The notes beneath the pieces are model-generated. The model was not told the DNA's origin and ran no database searches. It saw nothing but the letters and a program-made list of their open reading frames with translations. This document shows positions 1-8,134 of a DNA stretch of 21,724 bases, piece after piece. The DNA comes from Candidatus Omnitrophota bacterium (GTDB lineage: Bacteria > Ratteibacteria > UBA8468 > MWAK01). The stretch spans positions 1 to 21,724 of the forward strand of contig JAZDPL010000083.1 in the NCBI GenBank assembly GCA_043797665.1. Direction: 5' to 3'. The translations under genes and the position numbers were made by a program. The stretch's first letter is position 1, and every line of letters begins with the position of its first letter.

Positions 1-18
1 AACCTACAGGAATTTATA

Positions 19-66
19 CCCCTCACCCTTACCCTCCCCCTCAAGGGGGGAGGATGAAGGTGGGGG
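19..66. repeat. GC-rich REP-like palindromic element (CCCCTCACCC...CCTCCCCC-TCAAG-GGGGGAGG...GGTGGGGG)
   Basis: CCTCCCCC (33-40) pairs with GGGGGAGG (46-53); imperfect outer arms CCCCTCACC / GGTGGGGG; intergenic, upstream of the TA promoter. Confidence 0.6.
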
Positions 67-85
67 TAGACAGGGTGGGGGGGAC

Positions 86-121
86 TTGACAAAGCGATAA
101 CGGTATGATAAATTGTAATAC
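86..121 (+). promoter_or_regulatory. sigma70-type promoter of the TA operon with an overlapping imperfect palindrome (candidate antitoxin operator)
   Basis: TTGACA 86-91, 17-nt spacer, TG-n-TAAATT 106-114; GTATGATAAATTGTAATAC (103-121) pairs at 7 of 9 positions. Confidence 0.65.
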
Positions 122-137
122 TGGAGGTGATAGGAAA

Positions 138-380
138 ATGAGTACGGCAAAAGTAGCCATTACTATTGATGAAAACCTGCTCAAACGGTTGGACCGGTTC
201 GTTCGGACCCGTTTGTTCGAAAACCGCAGCCGAGCCATTCAGGAAGCGGTGAGCGAAAAACTATCCAGGATGGATCGGAATCGGCTGACGCGGGAATGCG
301 CTAAATTGAACAGGGAAACCGAACAGTCCATGGCCGAAGAAGGCCTGGCGGCGGGGAGGGCGGAATGGCCCGAATACTGA
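138..380 (+). CDS. CopG/ribbon-helix-helix antitoxin
   Basis: [19 protein letters not shown]...[13 protein letters not shown] pattern, acidic tail ending WPEY; GGAGGT SD at 123-128 favours ATG 138; overlaps the toxin start by 16 nt. Confidence 0.85.
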   Translation: MSTAKVAITIDENLLKRLDRFVRTRLFENRSRAIQEAVSEKLSRMDRNRLTRECAKLNRETEQSMAEEGLAAGRAEWPEY

Positions 381-703
381 GAGGCGATATCGTCTGGGCT
401 GATCTTAACCCCATCCGTGGAAGCGAGCAAGCCGGACGTCGGCCGGTACTGGTGATCAGCCAGGATGTATTCAACGACCACTCCGGCACGGTGATCGCCG
501 TCGCCTTGACCAGCCAGCCACCCGCGGCTGATTTTCCGTTGTCGCTGGAATTGTTCCATGCCTGTCTTCCGAAAAAATCATGGGTTAAAATCAGCCAAAT
601 CCGAACTCTTTCGGTCGAACGGCTGGGCCAAAGGATAGGATGCGCAACGGATGAAGAACTGAACCTCGTCGTTGAAGGCTTGAACGAGATAATCTGTACA
701 TAA
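365..703 (+). CDS. mazF: type II toxin, PemK/MazF family endoribonuclease
   Basis: [28 protein letters not shown] and SQIRTLS motifs. Confidence 0.9.
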   Translation: MARILRGDIVWADLNPIRGSEQAGRRPVLVISQDVFNDHSGTVIAVALTSQPPAADFPLSLELFHACLPKKSWVKISQIRTLSVERLGQRIGCATDEELNLVVEGLNEIICT

Positions 704-722
704 TAAGAGGAGGAAGACCTAT

Positions 723-1865
723 ATGGATAAGGTGAGGTTGGGGCTGGTGGGCTGCGGAGGGATGGGCCAGGGACACCTCGCCGCGATGAAGGAATTGACG
801 GAGGCACAACTGACTGCGGTCTGCGACGTGGATGCCGAAGCCGCCAAAAAAGTGGGGACCGAGAACGGCGTTCCCTATTTCAACGATTACCAGAAGATGA
901 TAAAAAGCGGTCTGTGCGATGCGGTTCTGGTCGTCACACCCCACTACTTCCATCACGAAGTCGGTATCGCTGCCTTTAAAGCCGGACTCCACGTCCTTTC
1001 GGAAAAGCCGATTACGGTTACGGTGAGCGCGGCCGATGCCTTTATTGCCGCAGCGAAGAAGAGCAAGAAGGTTTTCGGGGTGATGTTCCAGCAGCGGACC
1101 CTGCCGGAGATGAGACTGGCTCACCAGATTGTTAAAAGCGGACGGTTAGGTGAGATTAAACGGACTCTAATGGTTTATGCAGATTACCGGAGCCAGGCTT
1201 ATTATAACAGCGCCGGCTGGCGCGGGACATGGTCAGGTGAGGGCGGCGGTGTCTTGCTCAACCAGGCACCGCACGGTATTGACCTTTTTATGCGCCTGGG
1301 CGGCCTGCCCTGCCGGGTAACCGCCAGAACCAGAACGAAATTGCACAAGATCGAAGTGGAAGACGAAGCATGCGCGCTTTTAGAGTATCCGAACGGAGCC
1401 TGGGGATACTATTATGCCTGTACCTGCGAAGCGCCCGGGGGGCCCGGGATGGAGATTACCGGTGACCGGGGAAGATTAATCTGGAGAAACGATGAATTAA
1501 AGCTCTTTTCTTTTAAGCCCTCAACCTCGGAACACAATGCCACCTGTAAGGTGATGTGGGGTGGACCGGAGGTATCTGAGGAAAAACTGGAATTGCCCAA
1601 GGCAGAAACCGGACATAAGGAAATTATCCGGAACTTCTGTGCGGCCATTCTCCGCGGAGAGGAATTAATCACACCGGGCGTGGAAGGCATCTGGTCGGTG
1701 GAGTTTATCAACGCGCTGATTCTTTCCGGTAAGAAGGGGAAGCCGGTTGACATTCCGGTGAACCGGCAGGAGTATGACCGGATTCTGGAGAAACTGAAAA
1801 AGGGGTCAAAGGCGAAGAAGACGGTGAAGGTAGCGAGGGTTACTGACCCCAAATTTGCCAAATGA
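723..1865 (+). CDS. Gfo/Idh/MocA family oxidoreductase
   Basis: GLVGCGGMG Rossmann motif, HVLSEKP, GGGVLLNQAPHGID; GAGGAGG SD upstream. Confidence 0.9.
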   Translation: MDKVRLGLVGCGGMGQGHLAAMKELTEAQLTAVCDVDAEAAKKVGTENGVPYFNDYQKMIKSGLCDAVLVVTPHYFHHEVGIAAFKAGLHVLSEKPITVTVSAADAFIAAAKKSKKVFGVMFQQRTLPEMRLAHQIVKSGRLGEIKRTLMVYADYRSQAYYNSAGWRGTWSGEGGGVLLNQAPHGIDLFMRLGGLPCRVTARTRTKLHKIEVEDEACALLEYPNGAWGYYYACTCEAPGGPGMEITGDRGRLIWRNDELKLFSFKPSTSEHNATCKVMWGGPEVSEEKLELPKAETGHKEIIRNFCAAILRGEELITPGVEGIWSVEFINALILSGKKGKPVDIPVNRQEYDRILEKLKKGSKAKKTVKVARVTDPKFAK

Positions 1866-1872
1866 CGTATTT

Positions 1873-1992
1873 TGTCATCCTGAGCGCCAGCACGGGTTCC
1901 CTTTCCATAGGATTGGAAAGGGAGGATCTAAAAGAGAGATTCTCCCTAACCAGAGCATTGGTTAGGGTACCCGTGTTTCACTCAGAATGACA
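1873..1992. repeat. TGTCATCCTGAG...CTCAGAATGACA inverted-repeat (REP/MITE-like) element with two internal 32-nt hairpin modules
   Basis: Termini 1873-1884 and 1981-1992 are complementary with 1 mismatch; central GGATCT/AGATTC stem; modules at 1891-1922 (+) and 1944-1975 (-). Confidence 0.8.
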
Positions 1993-2032
1993 GGTAGTGT
2001 CAATTTACATTTTACAATCTTTAATAATTTTT

Positions 2033-3220
2033 ATGGGTGTAACTTATCCGAAGGGTTTTCTATCTTCCGGGATTTCTGCCGGTATCAAAACCGGCGGAAA
2101 GAAGGATTTAGCCCTGGTTCTTTCCGAAGAACCTGCGTCTGCCGCCGGCGTGGCGACCACCAACAAGTTTAAAGCCGCCTCCTTAATCCTGAGTTTGAAA
2201 CATCTCCGTAATAAATACCACCGGGCAATCCTCATCAACAGCGGTAACGCTAACGCCGTCAACGGAAAGGAAGGGATTGCCATTACCCGGCGGCTGGTAG
2301 CAGGTCTGGCGGCCGGACTCAAGATAAAACCGGAAGAGGTTCTCTTTGCCTCCACCGGAAAAATTGGTCTTGTCCTGCCGGAAGATAAGATTAAAAAGGC
2401 TTTGCCGGAATTAGTGAAGAACCTCTCCCTTGACGGTCAGCCGGCGGCTGAGGCTATCCTGACCACTGACCTCCGGATTAAGGAAATAAGTTTAGAGACC
2501 GGCATACCGGGCCGGAAAGGTTTGGTGCGTATCGGCGGTATGGCAAAGGGTGCGGGAATGATTAAGCCGGAATTAGCCACGATGCTGGTAATCTTAACGA
2601 CCGATGCGGTGATTGAAAAGGAAGCCCTCCAATTAGCGTTGCACGAAGCGGTGAAAGAATCCTTTAATTTAATTACGGTGGACGATGACCAGTCCACCAA
2701 CGACTTTGTGGTTGTTTTGGCCAACGGGAAGGCAGGGAACCACCGGATTAAAACAGGAACCCAGCCCTTCTTGCTCTTCCAGGATAGCCTGAGAGACGCC
2801 TGTCAACAGTTAGCCAGGAGTCTGGCGGCGGACGGCGAAGGGGCTCAGAAACTGATTATCGTCAGGGTGACCGGCGCCTGGTCTAAGAAGGACGCCAACC
2901 GGATAGCCCGAAGGATAGCGGGCAGTAACTTAGTTAAGACAACGGTCGCCGGCAACAATCCGAACTGGGGCAGAATTCTGGCTGCCGCCGGCAGTTGCGC
3001 CGCCCGGATAAAGTCGGAAAAGGCCACCCTTTCCCTGGCGAAAACGCTGGTCTTTGACCGGGGCGAACCAATAAGTTTCCCGGAAGAGGCGGTAGCGAAA
3101 GAACTTCAGAAACCGGAGGTGGAGATAGAACTTGACTTAGGTATCGGCAACTTTTCCGCCACCTCCTACGGCTGTGATTTAACCGAAGAGTACGTCAGAA
3201 TAAATAAAGCCTATTCGTAA
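2033..3220 (+). CDS. argJ: ornithine acetyltransferase / N-acetylglutamate synthase
   Basis: PKGF..GI.AGIK, NSGNANA, STGKIG, ILTTD, GMAKGAGMIKPELATML autocleavage motif, STND, DGEGA, PNWGR, GCDLTEEYVRIN; ATG 2033 preferred to GTG 1997. Confidence 0.95.
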   Translation: MGVTYPKGFLSSGISAGIKTGGKKDLALVLSEEPASAAGVATTNKFKAASLILSLKHLRNKYHRAILINSGNANAVNGKEGIAITRRLVAGLAAGLKIKPEEVLFASTGKIGLVLPEDKIKKALPELVKNLSLDGQPAAEAILTTDLRIKEISLETGIPGRKGLVRIGGMAKGAGMIKPELATMLVILTTDAVIEKEALQLALHEAVKESFNLITVDDDQSTNDFVVVLANGKAGNHRIKTGTQPFLLFQDSLRDACQQLARSLAADGEGAQKLIIVRVTGAWSKKDANRIARRIAGSNLVKTTVAGNNPNWGRILAAAGSCAARIKSEKATLSLAKTLVFDRGEPISFPEEAVAKELQKPEVEIELDLGIGNFSATSYGCDLTEEYVRINKAYS

Positions 3221-3230
3221 ACATCCTGAA

Positions 3231-3282
3231 GTAGCGGTGCGATTTATCGCACAAAATACTGTGGCATAAATGCCACCGCTAC
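3231..3282. repeat. GTAG-family REP doublet (REPIN-like) between convergent genes; probable bidirectional terminator or stabiliser
   Basis: GTAGCG-GTGCGA-TTTA-TCGCAC (3231-3252, +) and GTAGCG-GTGGCA-TTTA-TGCCAC (3261-3282, -), inverted, with an 8-nt spacer. Confidence 0.85.
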
Positions 3283-3290
3283 CTGTTACC

Positions 3291-4103
3291 TCAACCTAAG
3301 ATCCGGTCCATCGCCCGGCAGGTCTGGAAAAGAACCATCTCCGGATAGTCCCGGTAGGGTCCCATCTCCGCGGTCAGATAACCGTCGTAACCCACCTCTT
3401 TCAGCGCTTTTATTACCGCCGGGTAATTGACGTCACCCTCCAGAAGGTCGCAGAAACCGGTGATATTGCCCACCGAAGTCTTGAAATCCTTAAGGTGAAT
3501 TCTCTTGATCAGTTTTCCCAGGATGCGAATCCATTGTTCCGGATAACCGGATACTAAAACGTTACCGACGTCAAAGTATGCGGCAACAAAAGGAGAGCCT
3601 ACTTCGGTGATAAACCTTTTCATCTCTAAAGGCGAAAGGAGCATCTTGTTCCAGACGTTCTCCACGCCGATGGAAACCTTTAGTTTTTCTGCTGCCGGAG
3701 CGGCTTCCTTAATTGCTTCCTGACTGCGCCGGTAGGCAACGTCATAGGGCGTAACGTCATCCACCGTTCCGGGTACTACCAGAATGGCATCGGTTCCCAG
3801 GTCGGCAGCCACCGTAAGCATCTTCTGCAGAACTTCTTTTGCTTTGTTCCGTACTTCGTCCTTAAGGCTGCTTAACGGATATTTCCAGAAAAGACCGCAA
3901 GAAAGGCTGGCTAATTCCAGACCTGTTTTACGCACTATATCCGCGGCTTTTTTTACGTCCTGGGGGGTGGAGGTAAGGGTTAGGACTCCCTCTTCCGCCA
4001 GGTTCAGCTCCATCGCTTCAAAACCCGCTTCCTTTGCCAGACCGGCGCACTTTTCCAGGGGCCATTCCCCGGGAAATGCCCAGTGGTTCACACTCTTCTT
4101 CAT
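3291..4103 (-). CDS. sugar phosphate isomerase/epimerase (xylose-isomerase-like TIM barrel)
   Basis: GFEAMEL, GVENVWNK, YFDVGN, IHLKDF and LTAEM metal-binding E/D/H/E pattern; GGAGG SD. Confidence 0.9.
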   Translation of the reverse strand: MKKSVNHWAFPGEWPLEKCAGLAKEAGFEAMELNLAEEGVLTLTSTPQDVKKAADIVRKTGLELASLSCGLFWKYPLSSLKDEVRNKAKEVLQKMLTVAADLGTDAILVVPGTVDDVTPYDVAYRRSQEAIKEAAPAAEKLKVSIGVENVWNKMLLSPLEMKRFITEVGSPFVAAYFDVGNVLVSGYPEQWIRILGKLIKRIHLKDFKTSVGNITGFCDLLEGDVNYPAVIKALKEVGYDGYLTAEMGPYRDYPEMVLFQTCRAMDRILG

Positions 4104-4159
4104 CCTGCCTCCAGTATGTTAAAAGTAACACGAAGTGTCATCGCAATGACCTTAATGTT

Positions 4160-4222
4160 ATTATATTCCTTTTGTTGGACCAAAGTCAAAATTTTGACAC
4201 TGGGAGGGAGAAAAGTTAAAAT
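4160..4222. promoter_or_regulatory. back-to-back divergent sigma70-type promoters
   Basis: + strand TTGACA 4194-4199, N17, TAAAAT 4217-4222; - strand TTGACT 4189-4184, N18, TATAAT 4165-4160. Confidence 0.7.
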
Positions 4223-4240
4223 AAGGCAGGTGGCGAAACG

Positions 4241-4720
4241 ATGGACGAACTTCTAAAATTGGCAGAAGAGGTTGGGGATTTATTGCGGGCAAAGGACTTG
4301 ACCTTAGGCCTGGCAGAGTCATGTACCGGCGGACTTTTAGGTGCGGTGATTACGGAAATTCCGGGAAGTTCTGAATACTTCCGGGGCAGTATCGTTGCCT
4401 ACCACAATAAGGTCAAGAAGAAGGTGTTAAAGGTGCCCGGTACCTTCCTCAGGAAGTTCGGTGCGGTCAGCCCGGAGGTTGCCTCCGCGATGGCCAGGGG
4501 CGCCCGTAAGGCAACCGGAGCCGGAATAGGGCTCTCCGTTACCGGTATCGCCGGACCTTCCGGCGGAAGCCCGGAAAAGCCGGTGGGCTTAGTCTATATC
4601 GGCCTGGATGCGAAGAGGGTTCAACAGGTCCACAAGTTTAACTTTTCCGGAACCCGTTCGGAAATCAGGCAATCCGCCTGCACCCAGGCCCTGCGATTGT
4701 TGCAGGAATTCTTTTCATAA
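4241..4720 (+). CDS. pncC: CinA C-terminal domain protein / nicotinamide-nucleotide amidohydrolase
   Basis: AESCTGG, PGSSEYF, GAVS, SVTGIAGPSGGSPEKPVGLVYIG. Confidence 0.9.
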   Translation: MDELLKLAEEVGDLLRAKDLTLGLAESCTGGLLGAVITEIPGSSEYFRGSIVAYHNKVKKKVLKVPGTFLRKFGAVSPEVASAMARGARKATGAGIGLSVTGIAGPSGGSPEKPVGLVYIGLDAKRVQQVHKFNFSGTRSEIRQSACTQALRLLQEFFS

Positions 4721-6421
4721 CTTTTCCAGTTCAATCCTTGCCACATCGGCAAAAATGTAGCCGTAAGGCATAAAAGTTGGCTTGAGCCTCAGGCGTAATC
4801 TGCCTTTACCCAGGGTAACCCTGCCTACTTCCCGGCGTTGAAAATGGTCAAAAGAGTTTGTATCCGGAACAACCCCTTTTATCTTCTGCGAGTCTACCTC
4901 AATGATAAATTTGGACCCCGCATATATTTTGGGACAACTTAAAATGATGAACACCCTGTATTTCCCGGGTTGAAAGCATTCCAGGTGCCAGTCTGCGGTT
5001 TGTTCTAACCCATACCACCGGGAAATACACAGATTTTTATCCTTTCCGGTTTGAGCATCTTCCGCAGCAATTTGCCGGACTTCTAAAGAAGACCCTTTGA
5101 CCCAGCGGCCGCTGAGGCAGGCGGCTCCCGCAGTCAGCCGGACCTTCCCCGGCCGGTTCAGGGTTGTTACCGGCCTGGACCGCCCCGGCGGGAAAGGAAG
5201 AGTGAGGCGGGCCGGCTTTTTAAAGCAAAGCCTGATAACGTTCACCGAGGTGTTTGCCGGAACGGGCGGCAGGTTTCTTATTTCCAGGCCCCCACCTGTT
5301 TTCTGCACCCGGAGGCTGTGTCGGGAACCCAGAAGCATTGCTTTCCCGGGCAGAGATTGAATGGATGGGATAAGGATGCGGTTTTCCGAAGGCCAGTGCA
5401 GAAGGTGAAGATACAGGTTGTTGCCTGTTTTTGTCGTTAGTACGTCTTCCGGTTTTTGCCTGAGAGGAACCGGTTGAGTCCGATAGACGGACTCGCCGTT
5501 GATACGCAGCCAGGCACCTATTTTTTTCATAATCTCGGCCTGTTCCGCCGGTATCGTTCCGTCCGGTTTCGGCCCCACGTTGAGCAGGTAATTCCCGCCC
5601 GCCGCCGCCATCCGCACCAGACTTTGCATCAAATGAGGAACGGAGTGAGAAGTCCTGTCCTTCGTATATCCCCATTGTGTGACGCTGACGGATTCACAGG
5701 CTTCAAACAGGTAACCGGTAAGGTCTTCCGGAAGAGAACGCTCCGGTGTGAAGAAATCTCCGTATTGGGCACGGTCGTTGACCACGGCCGCGGGCTGGAA
5801 ATGCTTTATCAGCCGGTAAAGTTCTTTGCCGTGCCAGTCCTTTTCGGTTTTATGGGAACCGTCAAACCAGATGCCGTCAATCCTCCCGTAATTGGTAACC
5901 AGTTCTCCGACCTGATCCTTAAGGTATTCCAGATATTTCGGCCAGTCCGGCCGGTCGGTTGGCGGAGGATTCTGCAGGTCCTTCCAGACACCCTTGCGGT
6001 GCACGAAATTTGGGTGATGCCAGTCCGGCTGGGAATAGTACAGGATGATGCGCATGCTTTTCCGGTGGCAGGCATCTACAAGTTCTCCGATGAGGTCGCG
6101 CTTAAATGGTGTGTTGGTTATCTTGTAGTCGGTGAGTTTGCTGTCAAAAAGGCAGAAGCCGTCATGGTGTTTTGCCGTTACGTTGATGTAACGTGCGCCG
6201 GCGGCAATTGCCAGGTCAACCCATTCGTCGGCGTTGAAGCGAAACGGGTTAAAGCGGAGCATCAGTTTTTCGTACTCGGAGCGCGGGATATTTTCATTGT
6301 ACATTACCCACTCACCCCGGCCCAGCAGGGCATAAAGGCCGAAGTGGATAAACATCCCAAAGCGCGACTGGTCAAACCACCTCAATTTGAGGTCGGTTTT
6401 ACTGCTTTGTCTTACGAGCAT
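4715..6421 (-). CDS. alpha-L-fucosidase (GH29) with an extra C-terminal beta-sandwich/CBM-like domain; no signal peptide seen
   Basis: WF...RFGMFIHFGLY, TAKHHDGFCLF, YYS..DW, IWFDG nucleophile motif, VVNDR, LLNVGP..DG. Confidence 0.9.
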   Translation of the reverse strand: MLVRQSSKTDLKLRWFDQSRFGMFIHFGLYALLGRGEWVMYNENIPRSEYEKLMLRFNPFRFNADEWVDLAIAAGARYINVTAKHHDGFCLFDSKLTDYKITNTPFKRDLIGELVDACHRKSMRIILYYSQPDWHHPNFVHRKGVWKDLQNPPPTDRPDWPKYLEYLKDQVGELVTNYGRIDGIWFDGSHKTEKDWHGKELYRLIKHFQPAAVVNDRAQYGDFFTPERSLPEDLTGYLFEACESVSVTQWGYTKDRTSHSVPHLMQSLVRMAAAGGNYLLNVGPKPDGTIPAEQAEIMKKIGAWLRINGESVYRTQPVPLRQKPEDVLTTKTGNNLYLHLLHWPSENRILIPSIQSLPGKAMLLGSRHSLRVQKTGGGLEIRNLPPVPANTSVNVIRLCFKKPARLTLPFPPGRSRPVTTLNRPGKVRLTAGAACLSGRWVKGSSLEVRQIAAEDAQTGKDKNLCISRWYGLEQTADWHLECFQPGKYRVFIILSCPKIYAGSKFIIEVDSQKIKGVVPDTNSFDHFQRREVGRVTLGKGRLRLRLKPTFMPYGYIFADVARIELEKL

Positions 6422-7385
6422 AAAAAGTCCCTCCCGAAAACCACTTCTTTATCCTTATCTTCCCAATGATGAAGGAGAAGGCTTTTGCCTGTGATTCGTG
6501 CGTCACGCCGCCCATGTGCGGCGTAATAATGAGATTGTCGTGCGTCCGCGCATAGCGGATCAGCGGGTTCTCCGCCGTCCTTTCCTGTAATTCATCCGCC
6601 AGCACGTCTAATCCGGCGCCTTTCACTGTGCCGTCATTCAAAGCGGCCAGCAACGCCTGTTCGTCGATCACGGCGCCCCGCGAGGTATTGATCAAGAAAA
6701 CGCCTCGCTTCATCACGGCGAATTCCCTCGTTCCCAGCAGACCGCGCGTCTCCCCGTTGAAGATGACGTGGACCGAAATCGCGTCGGCCCGCCGAAGAAG
6801 AACCGGCAGGGCGACCTGGCGTACCCAGGTATCCTTCACCTTCCGGTAGGAATCGTACGCGAGAATTTTCATGCCGAAGGCGCGTCCGTACCGGGAGACC
6901 ATCTCGCCCAGCCGGCCGTACCCGATGATGCCGAGGGTTTTCCCTTTAAGTTCGTTCCCCCGGAAGTCGGCGCTCTGCCATACTCCGCTCCTCACCGCGT
7001 CAAAAGCAAACGGGATTCTACGGGAGACCGAGAGCAGGAGACCGAAGGCAAGCTCGGCGGTTGCCGACACCTTCTTGAGAAATCGGTACTCCCCGCGAAG
7101 GGAGAGAACCGCGATTCCCCGTTCCCGCGCCGTATCGCAATCGATGTGGTCAATCCCCGTCGATGGCGTGGCGATCGCCTTCAGCCGCCCCGCCGCCTCC
7201 AGCATTCTCCGGTCAAGCATGATATCAAGGGAAGGGATCAAAATATCGTAGCCGCCGATCTTCTTCAGGAGGGCGTCATAGCCGAATCTGCTGTAATCGA
7301 CCGTTCCCAGTTCCTCCAGAAGACGCCTGATTTCCGCCAGGTGAGCGACCGGCGTGTTACAGAGAATCCGAAGTTTGTGCTTCAT
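6399..7385 (-). CDS. D-isomer-specific 2-hydroxyacid dehydrogenase (SerA/GhrB-like catalytic core)
   Basis: GIIGYGRLG, LINTSRGAVIDE, GAGLDV, ITPHMGG. Confidence 0.9.
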   Translation of the reverse strand: MKHKLRILCNTPVAHLAEIRRLLEELGTVDYSRFGYDALLKKIGGYDILIPSLDIMLDRRMLEAAGRLKAIATPSTGIDHIDCDTARERGIAVLSLRGEYRFLKKVSATAELAFGLLLSVSRRIPFAFDAVRSGVWQSADFRGNELKGKTLGIIGYGRLGEMVSRYGRAFGMKILAYDSYRKVKDTWVRQVALPVLLRRADAISVHVIFNGETRGLLGTREFAVMKRGVFLINTSRGAVIDEQALLAALNDGTVKGAGLDVLADELQERTAENPLIRYARTHDNLIITPHMGGVTHESQAKAFSFIIGKIRIKKWFSGGTFYARKTKQ

Positions 7386-8127
7386 GAATGTAACATCCCG
7401 TCGTAGGGAGTAATTTCGCGGGGTCTTGTTCCTCGGAGAGGTATCCGCATCCCGTTTTCTTCCGCGCCGCCGCGATCGCCTCGCGGTAGGCGATGAGTCG
7501 TTCCGTAAAGAACGCCCGGTCGGCGTTTTGCCGACCCCCCGCGATCACTTCGAAGCCGGCTCCCATCACGAGAGCGCCGCTCTCCACGTAGGAGGGGATT
7601 CGTTCCAGCGTCACGCCCCCGGTATAGAAGATCGGAATCACCCCGTGGGTCGGCGACCGCATCATCTTCAGGTATTCCGGGGAAACGCCGACGAACTTGA
7701 TAAGGTCGGCGCCGAAGCCGAGATGTTCGATTCCCTCTCCGGGCGAAGCGACACCGGGGATCAATAATTTCCTTCCGGCGAAACGCCGGTACGTCTCCGC
7801 ATGGAAAGGGACCATCGAGACGAATCCGTCCGCGCCCATCTCCGCAAGTTCCTCCAGCGAATAGAAGGTCCGCCTCTTCTTCAAAAACGAGACCATTGCC
7901 GGATGGTCAAAGGTACTGCCGATCAAAAGGCTCAATCCGGGGAACTCTTTCCGGATGAGGGGGATATTCTCGATATCGTTTCGCCGCAGGGTGAACTCGA
8001 CCGCGGGAACCCCCGCGTCGACAACCGCCCCGCACAAGACGAACGGGTCGAAGTCATCGTCAACGAGAATCGGCACAAACCCGGTCCGGATGAGCGAGGC
8101 AAGTTTTTCCTGCAGGGTCCGATTCAT
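7357..8127 (-). CDS. divergent KDPG/KHG aldolase (Eda)-like protein
   Basis: VEFTLR, IGST, IPGVASPGE, DLIKF (candidate Schiff-base Lys), TGGVT; ATG 8127 has a GAGGT SD. Confidence 0.7.
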   Translation of the reverse strand: MNRTLQEKLASLIRTGFVPILVDDDFDPFVLCGAVVDAGVPAVEFTLRRNDIENIPLIRKEFPGLSLLIGSTFDHPAMVSFLKKRRTFYSLEELAEMGADGFVSMVPFHAETYRRFAGRKLLIPGVASPGEGIEHLGFGADLIKFVGVSPEYLKMMRSPTHGVIPIFYTGGVTLERIPSYVESGALVMGAGFEVIAGGRQNADRAFFTERLIAYREAIAAARKKTGCGYLSEEQDPAKLLPTTGCYIHEAQTSDSL

Positions 8128-8134
8128 GACAACC

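Noticed and set aside
1..10. CCTAC at the window start as the end of another GTAG REP
   Set aside because: Truncated by the window edge and too short to support.
1873..1992. Cloverleaf-like fold as a tRNA or riboswitch
   Set aside because: No T-loop or D-loop consensus and no CCA end; the arms are better explained by nested repeat modules, one of which recurs at 21679.
5456..6469. 337-aa + strand ORF
   Set aside because: Antisense to the clearly recognisable GH29 gene.
6399..7385. Calling the dehydrogenase serA
   Set aside because: No C-terminal regulatory domain, and the catabolic context makes the substrate unassignable.
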